Below are positions 25,981 through 32,000 of a DNA stretch of 32,000 nt, in pieces. This DNA is from Candidatus Nanopusillus sp. (GTDB lineage: Archaea; Nanobdellota; Nanobdellia; Nanobdellales; Nanobdellaceae). Within the stretch, counting starts at the first letter, position 1; each line of letters opens with the position of its first letter. Location of the stretch: the NCBI GenBank assembly GCA_049414405.1, contig JBMSAQ010000002.1, forward strand, positions 51,229-83,228. Direction: 5' to 3'. Below the pieces are notes generated by a model that ran no database searches, had not been told where the DNA came from, and worked only from the letters and a program-made list of their open reading frames with translations. A program made the translations under genes and the position numbers.

Positions 25981-26360
25981 TAAGGGAATTGATATATTTG
26001 CTTATTTTATTTATAACAGGATATCTAGTATTAAGTACATTTTTTAGCTTTTACTCTTCAGCAGGAAGAATAATTGCAGATGATATATCAGATATAACAA
26101 CTTCAATACATGGAACTCAGGTAAGTTATATAATAAACCATTATAACTCTGGTGATTATTCAATATTATATTTAGTACAAAATATTGATCCTTCAAATTG
26201 TATAAATAGTATAAAAGTTGGAAATACAATAGTTAACTTTACATATAAAGTATTAAATCAGTATACAATAGAATTGAATATAAGTTATCCAGTAAATACA
26301 GGAGATCGTTTAACAGTAACATTCTGTAATGGCCAATCTACTTTATATTATCTTAGCTAA
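25977..26360 (+). CDS. Archaellum FlaF/FlaG (ArlF/G) family protein
   Basis: 127 aa with one N-terminal TM helix followed by a beta-sandwich-like domain. It sits immediately upstream of flaH and overlaps the upstream gene by 4 nt. Confidence 0.55.
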   Translation: MIRELIYLLILFITGYLVLSTFFSFYSSAGRIIADDISDITTSIHGTQVSYIINHYNSGDYSILYLVQNIDPSNCINSIKVGNTIVNFTYKVLNQYTIELNISYPVNTGDRLTVTFCNGQSTLYYLS

Positions 26361-26362
26361 CA

Positions 26363-27067
26363 ATGGTAGGATATATTAATATTTATTTAGATAGGGATGA
26401 ATTTTCAAATAGAATTGGGGGTGGAATTCCAAAAGGTAGTATATTTATAATTGAAGGAGAAAATGGAACTGGAAAAAGTGTTATATGTCAGAGAATATTA
26501 TATGGAGCTTTATTAAACAACCATACTGCAACATATATTTCTACAGAATTATCTGTTGTAGATTTTATTAAACAAATGGAATCTTTGGGTTATGATATAA
26601 AAGATTATTTACTAAATCAAAAATTATTATTCATACCAACACTAAATTTATTTAGTAGAATAAAGGAGAGAGAAAATTTAATATTTGAATTAACAAAAGA
26701 AAAATCTAGAAAATTATTAGAAAATGGGTTAATAATATTAGATTCTTTATCATATCCATTAATAGATGGATTAGATAAGATGGATTCGGTAAGATTAATT
26801 GAATTTTTAAGTAAAATAAAAAATTTAGATAAAACAATTATTTTAACATATAATCCTTCAGAAATAAACAAATTCTTTGTAAGAAATATAAGGAGAATTG
26901 CAGATATATATTTTAATTTAAGATTTTCTTCTATTGGAGAATCATCATTATTAAAAATAATAGAAGTAAAGAGATTTAGATATCCAATGGGAGTATACAG
27001 TACATTAATACCATTCAGAGTGGAGCCAAATATAGGGCTAATAATTGAAATATCCTCATATGTATAA
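26363..27067 (+). CDS. flaH: Archaellum ATP-binding protein FlaH (ArlH), RecA/KaiC-like
   Basis: 234 aa. The sequence GGGIPKGSIFIIEGENGTGKSVICQRILYGAL (Walker A) followed by YISTELSVVDFIKQMESLGYDI is typical of FlaH. Confidence 0.85.
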   Translation: MVGYINIYLDRDEFSNRIGGGIPKGSIFIIEGENGTGKSVICQRILYGALLNNHTATYISTELSVVDFIKQMESLGYDIKDYLLNQKLLFIPTLNLFSRIKERENLIFELTKEKSRKLLENGLIILDSLSYPLIDGLDKMDSVRLIEFLSKIKNLDKTIILTYNPSEINKFFVRNIRRIADIYFNLRFSSIGESSLLKIIEVKRFRYPMGVYSTLIPFRVEPNIGLIIEISSYV

Positions 27068-28743
27068 TGCCTGAACAAATACAAGAAACAAAACAGGAAT
27101 ATATAATAAAAAGGGAAAATACAAAAGTAATAACTAATGATATAACTACATCTTTTAACGAAGCATTAAATAAATATGAACATCTCAGAAATTATATTAA
27201 TGAAATATCATTGAAAATAGGACCTCCTGAATGGATGACTTCTCTAGATTTTTCTTTAAGATCTAGAAGTGAATTTAATATATTATATCCTGTTGGAGAT
27301 CCGATATTCATTCATATATATAAATTACCATCTGGAGAAGCATTATATAATGTAATAGAGCCAGAATTAAATGATAATGAAAAGAAAAAATTAGAACAAA
27401 TACAAACAAAAATTGTTAAATATGCAATAGAAGACATTAACTTTAATAATGTTGAAGAAGTGAAAAGATATATAATTGATCTGTTTAATAGAGTTATTGA
27501 TTTTCAGAGGAGAAGATTATTTTCTGATAAAGTATATATAAAAAATCAAGAAGAATATGATAAGCTATTATATTACTTAATCAGGGAAAGATTCGGTTAT
27601 GGATATTTAGAACCATTTTTGAGAGATGCTTATTTGGAAGATGTACATATATTAGGTCTAGGTCCAATTTATGTTGTACATAAAATATTTGGAATGCTCA
27701 AAACAAATAGAGGATTTAAAAATGAGGAAGATTTAAATAAATATATAATTAAATATTCTCAAGTAGTTGATAGACCCGCATCCGAAACAAGGCCGATTGT
27801 TGATGCAATATTACCAGACGGTTCAAGAGTTAATTTTATATATGGTAAAGATATATCTTTGCACGGATCTTCATTTACAATAAGAAAATTCTCTACAAAA
27901 CCATTAAGTATAACACAGTTGATTTCATTTGGCACAATTTCTCTAGAAGAAGCTGCTTATTTATGGTTAGCAATTGAAAATGGAATGAACATAATAATAT
28001 CTGGAGAAACTGCATCAGGAAAAACTACATTATTAAATGCATTGGCTACATTTATTAAACCTGATGCAAAGGTTTATTCTGTAGAAGATACTCCTGAATT
28101 AAATATACCACATAAAATATGGCAAAGATTGGTTACAAGAGAAGTTGGAAAAAATGCAGATGTATCTATGTATGATCTATTAAGAGCAGCATTAAGATCT
28201 AGACCAAATTATATATTAATAGGTGAGATAAGAGGTAAAGAAGGTTATGTAGCATTTCAAGCAATGCAAACAGGTCACCCAGTTATGACAACATTTCACT
28301 CGGGTAGTATAGTTTCATTAATAGAAAGATTGACTGGAGAACCAATAAATATTCCAATTACATTTATAGATAACTTAAATATCGCTGTATTTACAACATC
28401 CGTAACAGTAAAAGGAAGATATGAAAGAAGAGTAACAAACATATATGAAATAGAAAAATATATTGCAGAATTGAAGAAAGTTGCTGTTAGAAATGTATTT
28501 ACATGGAATTCTGTACAGGATAAACATATGTTTATTGGAAGATATAATAGTTATATACTAGAAAAGAAAATTGCACCATTAATGAAAATTGATGATAAAA
28601 GAAAAATATATCAAATATTAGATTATAGGGCTAGGATATTAAAAAAGATGGTTGAAAATGAAATATTCGATTTCTTTGAAGTGTGGGAAGTATTAAAGAA
28701 TTTCTATATAAATGGACCTTCAGCATTACCATTTTCGATATAA
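27067..28743 (+). CDS. flaI: Archaellum motor ATPase FlaI (ArlI)
   Basis: 558 aa, type II/IV secretion ATPase family. Motifs are GETASGKTT (Walker A), SVEDTPEL, ILIGEIRGKE (Walker B region) and TGHPVMTTFH (His box). It overlaps the flaH stop by 1 nt. Confidence 0.9.
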   Translation: MPEQIQETKQEYIIKRENTKVITNDITTSFNEALNKYEHLRNYINEISLKIGPPEWMTSLDFSLRSRSEFNILYPVGDPIFIHIYKLPSGEALYNVIEPELNDNEKKKLEQIQTKIVKYAIEDINFNNVEEVKRYIIDLFNRVIDFQRRRLFSDKVYIKNQEEYDKLLYYLIRERFGYGYLEPFLRDAYLEDVHILGLGPIYVVHKIFGMLKTNRGFKNEEDLNKYIIKYSQVVDRPASETRPIVDAILPDGSRVNFIYGKDISLHGSSFTIRKFSTKPLSITQLISFGTISLEEAAYLWLAIENGMNIIISGETASGKTTLLNALATFIKPDAKVYSVEDTPELNIPHKIWQRLVTREVGKNADVSMYDLLRAALRSRPNYILIGEIRGKEGYVAFQAMQTGHPVMTTFHSGSIVSLIERLTGEPINIPITFIDNLNIAVFTTSVTVKGRYERRVTNIYEIEKYIAELKKVAVRNVFTWNSVQDKHMFIGRYNSYILEKKIAPLMKIDDKRKIYQILDYRARILKKMVENEIFDFFEVWEVLKNFYINGPSALPFSI

Positions 28744-28819
28744 TTAATAAATTTTTCTTGAAATTAACTTAATTATGGATCGGTATTAAAAAGGCAAAAA
28801 TTTTTTGTTGTAATTAATT

Positions 28820-30094
28820 ATGATGGATAAGAACATTATAAAATTACTTTTATGGAAAAAGCCAACAATAGAAGTATTGGGCGAAGAAAAAGTAAACAAG
28901 ATGAATAATTTTAGACATTATATAGGATATGAAATATCTGGATATGTTCATTTGGGTACTGGTGTTGTATCTGGATATAAATTAGTTGATTTTATGAATT
29001 TTGCAGAAACAGAAGTATTTTTAGCAGACTGGCATTCAGTAATAAATAATAAATTGGGTGGGGATCCCGAAGTAATTAGAAGAATTGCAAAAGGATATTT
29101 TACTGAGGTAATGAAACAGACAATAAAATCTTTAGGTGGAGATCTTGATAAAGTAAAATTTGTTTTAGCATCAGATATATATAATAATGATTATTGGTCG
29201 GAGGTAATTAAAATTGGAAAAAATACTACATTAAATAGATTATTAAGATCTGTTACAATTATGGGGAGGAAATATGAAGAATCTATGCAGTCTGCAAATT
29301 TAATATATCCATTGATGCAGGCTGCAGATATAATATTTCAGAATATAAATATTGCACATGCTGGAATTGATCAAAGAAAAGCACATGTAATTGCAATTGA
29401 ATACGCTGATAAAATAAACTATGACTTAACTGCAGTACATCATCAATTAATAACAAATCTACAATTACCATATGAAACTTTCCAAAAATTAAAATCTGGA
29501 AATATAAAAGAAGCTAAAGAAGAATTATCTGAACTGAAAATGTCCAAATCTATACCAGGTTCTGCAATATTTGTTCATGACAGTCCTTCAGAGGTTATTG
29601 ATAAAATAAATAAAGCATTTTGTCCTCAAAAGGAATTAGAATTCAATCCAATATGGGAAATAGTCGAATATTTAATATTTAGGGATCAGGAAAATTATTG
29701 GGTAATAAAATATTTATATGAAAATAATTTGTATAAAATAGAAAATGTTGAAAAAATAAATTATGATATATATGAAGAATTGAAGAACAAAAATAAAATA
29801 AATTGGAATGAAGTATATAAAATTATCGATAAAGAATCTAATGAATTATATAAATATTCATATAAAGATATTGAATTTGAGATAATTAATGAAAAAACTG
29901 GAGAAAGAAAGGCATATAATAATTTATGGGATTTGAGAAAGGATTGGGTTGAAGGAAAAATACATCCAATGGATTTAAAGAAAGCTGTTGGAAAGTGGTT
30001 GGCAAATAAATTAGAACCTGTATATAAATACTTTACTGAAGGACCTGGTAAGAAATATAAAGAAGAATTGGATTCTGTTAAAATCACTAGGTAG
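28820..30094 (+). CDS. tyrS: Tyrosyl-tRNA synthetase (archaeal type) with internal insertions
   Basis: 424 aa, collinear with the remembered M. jannaschii TyrRS. Matches are YIGYEISGYVHLG, LADWH, TTLNRLLRS, LIYPLMQAADI, GIDQRKAH, KMSKS, AFCP and HPMDLKKAVGKWLANKLEP. Confidence 0.85.
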   Translation: MMDKNIIKLLLWKKPTIEVLGEEKVNKMNNFRHYIGYEISGYVHLGTGVVSGYKLVDFMNFAETEVFLADWHSVINNKLGGDPEVIRRIAKGYFTEVMKQTIKSLGGDLDKVKFVLASDIYNNDYWSEVIKIGKNTTLNRLLRSVTIMGRKYEESMQSANLIYPLMQAADIIFQNINIAHAGIDQRKAHVIAIEYADKINYDLTAVHHQLITNLQLPYETFQKLKSGNIKEAKEELSELKMSKSIPGSAIFVHDSPSEVIDKINKAFCPQKELEFNPIWEIVEYLIFRDQENYWVIKYLYENNLYKIENVEKINYDIYEELKNKNKINWNEVYKIIDKESNELYKYSYKDIEFEIINEKTGERKAYNNLWDLRKDWVEGKIHPMDLKKAVGKWLANKLEPVYKYFTEGPGKKYKEELDSVKITR

Positions 30095-30128
30095 TTTCAT
30101 TTATAAATTTTTTTATCAATGATAATTT

Positions 30129-30464
30129 ATGAAGATTGACAAAATGATTAACAATTTGATCATGTTGATTAGTTTGTATAGATTACATGCAAAAAAATTA
30201 CTTAATAAAATCCAGGATAATGAAGCAAAAATGTTATTATTAATGTCATTTAGGGATAATGATATATTAAATATTTTGGAAGACATTGTTGATAGAAAGA
30301 GAATATTTGATGAATATATAAGAAATAATCAAATAAAGAAAGCATATATGGTATATAAAGATATTGAATATAAATATAAGTTAGCCGAATCATTATTATA
30401 CAATAGAATTGAAGATTTAGTTAAAATAAGAGCCTTAGATATTGTAAAATCTAGAAAAAATTAA
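30129..30464 (+). CDS. Hypothetical helical protein
   Basis: 111-aa ORF with no recognisable motif. Its coding-like composition is consistent with neighbouring genes. Confidence 0.35.
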   Translation: MKIDKMINNLIMLISLYRLHAKKLLNKIQDNEAKMLLLMSFRDNDILNILEDIVDRKRIFDEYIRNNQIKKAYMVYKDIEYKYKLAESLLYNRIEDLVKIRALDIVKSRKN

Positions 30465-30685
30465 TCTTTTCTTTTTATTACTCTATATAGAGGTATTTTT
30501 CCTTTATATGATAAATATACGTAGACATCTATAACAATTAATAACAATATAATCAACGCCGACATATAGTATAAATTTTCACTTGGTGAATTAATCAGAG
30601 TAGTCGCTACAATTGCAATAGTTATCAATGTAATTATTAAAGTAAGATAAACTTCATATTTCGTTGCATATAATTCTTCCTCCAT
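30461..30685 (-). CDS. Small two-TM membrane protein
   Basis: 74 aa with two hydrophobic segments (LTLIITLITIAIVATTLI and MSALIILLLIVIDVYVYL) and a basic C-terminus. Confidence 0.4.
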   Translation of the reverse strand: MEEELYATKYEVYLTLIITLITIAIVATTLINSPSENLYYMSALIILLLIVIDVYVYLSYKGKIPLYRVIKRKD

Positions 30686-30715
30686 TAATAATTGTTCTAT
30701 AAAAATATTAAAAAA

Positions 30716-30764
30716 TCTGAGCTCAAGACCCTCATCATTTATCAGCCGATGAGTTTTTCTTCAT
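30716..30764 (-). ncRNA. Box C/D sRNA candidate 2
   Basis: The minus strand reads ATGAAGA-AAAACTCATCGG-CTGA-TAA-ATGATGA-GGGTCTTGAGCT-CAGA and is followed directly by TTTTTT. The boxes and spacing are the same as in candidate 1, and only the guides differ. Confidence 0.65.
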
Positions 30765-30805
30765 TATAAAGATATATAAAAATTTTATTTTAAAGCCATA
30801 ATAGA

Positions 30806-31741
30806 TTATGATTGTTTGTTTTCTAAATCTATATAATTATATTTATTTAGATAATATTTTCTTAATTTACTCCTAAAGAATAGATATAATAATGTATGAG
30901 TAATTCTTTTTATAATATTACTATCTATTATTGTCAAATATTGAAGATATTCTTTTAGAGATATTTTATAATTTTCATTATAAACCGTATTTAATTCCAT
31001 TTTTAATCCTATCAAATAATCTAGAGCCCTTTTACATTTTAATCTTTCATAAATATATATAAAATCTTTCAAATGTTTTTCAAGACTATCTTTATTAAAA
31101 CTAATACTTGCACTTAGATTATGTCTTCTATAATATGTTAATTCATCTTTTATCTTTATTATTCTACCTTTAGCTTTAAAATAACATATTAAACTATTAT
31201 CAACAACAAAATATATGTTTCTTAAATATTCTACTAATTCATCTCTATTTTTTGTATGAAATATTATTCCTACTGTTCCACCAACGCTTACTAAATCAAA
31301 TATTTTTTCTTTAATTCTCTTTATAATACTTTTATTTTCCTTAATTATATTTCCATTTACATCTATCGGAATTAATCTATGTGCAATCATATATTCTTCA
31401 TCCTTGATATTTTTTACAATTTCAAATATTCTACTAATTTTATTTTCAGTAAACATATCGTCATCATCTAGTATAAATATTAGATTATTTGAAGAAGCTT
31501 TTATTCCTTCAGAATAGTTTCTTCCAACATAATGATCAGGATCATTAGGATCTAAATTTATTATTTTATGATTAGGAAAATTTTCTTTAATATAATTATC
31601 TATTTTTTCATCTTGATAATATTTTACAACAATTACTTCTATATCGTTTAAATCTATTCCCTTTTGATTTTTAATACTCTTTAATGCATCTAAAATATAT
31701 TTCTTTCTTTTATAATCAATAATTATTACTGAAGCTTTCAT
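30806..31741 (-). CDS. Family-2 glycosyltransferase (soluble GT-A type)
   Basis: 311 aa. It has the N-terminus KASVIIIDYKRKKYILDALKSIKNQ and the DxD region LIFILDDDDMF. Confidence 0.7.
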   Translation of the reverse strand: MKASVIIIDYKRKKYILDALKSIKNQKGIDLNDIEVIVVKYYQDEKIDNYIKENFPNHKIINLDPNDPDHYVGRNYSEGIKASSNNLIFILDDDDMFTENKISRIFEIVKNIKDEEYMIAHRLIPIDVNGNIIKENKSIIKRIKEKIFDLVSVGGTVGIIFHTKNRDELVEYLRNIYFVVDNSLICYFKAKGRIIKIKDELTYYRRHNLSASISFNKDSLEKHLKDFIYIYERLKCKRALDYLIGLKMELNTVYNENYKISLKEYLQYLTIIDSNIIKRITHTLLYLFFRSKLRKYYLNKYNYIDLENKQS

Positions 31742-32000
31742 AAAAGAGTATAATAAAAAATAAAGTTTTTTAAATTATTTTTTAGATTTTGAAAATGTGT
31801 TTTAAGTAGATCTTTAATAGAGAATTTTAAATTTTATATTTCATTATATGAACCAAATCTATTTATTATTTAAACTTTTTAATTATAGATAATTTGTTTT
31901 TAAAAATATTTATTTGCTACTACTATACAATTATAGTCTAAGATAAATTTATAAAATTTTCTCTTATACATTATAATTTATGGACAGCCAAACACCATCT

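Noticed and set aside
23091-30087. Antisense ORFs within rpl3 (23091-23285, 23723-23947), the FlaF/G-like gene (26044-26229), flaH (26617-27084) and tyrS (29283-29471, 29761-30087).
   Set aside because: Each is fully embedded opposite a confidently identified conserved gene and has low-complexity composition.
1-32000. CRISPR arrays, transposases/IS elements, integrases, prophage remnants, toxin-antitoxin pairs or known defence-system genes.
   Set aside because: None is seen. There are no spaced direct-repeat arrays. Every ORF of 150 aa or more, apart from the weakly assigned 152-aa protein at 22146-22604, has a housekeeping, archaellum or surface/glycan assignment. The only repeats are the 2 x 18-nt tandem and one short palindrome.

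Overview
This is a very AT-rich, tightly packed archaeal chromosome segment. It holds about 40 genes, and many neighbours overlap by 1-20 nt (ATGA- or GTGA-type junctions).

Most genes are informational housekeeping:
- Ribosomal proteins: L18e-L13-S9, L31e, L3 and LX.
- Aminoacyl-tRNA synthetases: AspRS, MetRS and TyrRS.
- tRNA modification enzymes: Trm1, Trm5 and a TrmJ-like SpoU methyltransferase.
- Translation and folding factors: aIF6 and prefoldin alpha.
- Nucleotide and DNA functions: dCTP deaminase, ThyA, and Hef plus a DHH nuclease.
- Proteases: a rhomboid protease and an M1 aminopeptidase.
- RNA genes: two tRNAs.

There is also a partial archaellum motor cluster (FlaD/E-like, FlaF/G-like, FlaH, FlaI) and a small cell-surface/glycan region. 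That region holds a CWB2-like glycoprotein and a membrane-embedded processive GT2 synthase; a second GT2 lies elsewhere in the window.

The extreme AT bias, scattered r-protein genes, euryarchaeal-type archaellum genes and lack of metabolic genes suggest a reduced DPANN/Nanoarchaeota-like symbiont. This is inference, not proven.

I found no CRISPR array, transposase, integrase or recognisable defence system.

The observations most worth a second look are:
1. Two unannotated box C/D sRNA candidates with identical architecture and the same paired non-canonical terminal boxes. One lies between two same-strand tRNA genes.
2. A ThyA carrying a roughly 165-aa MtrA/DUF4346-like N-terminal domain.
3. 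A decaying EndoIII-related gene with an in-frame TGA plus a poly-A frameshift.
4. An archaellum cluster that ends at flaI with no flaJ or archaellin.
5. Large K/N/I/Y-rich insertions inside MetRS, TyrRS and Trm5.
6. Two unusually long non-coding gaps, at 11.2-11.7 kb and 20.65-21.17 kb.
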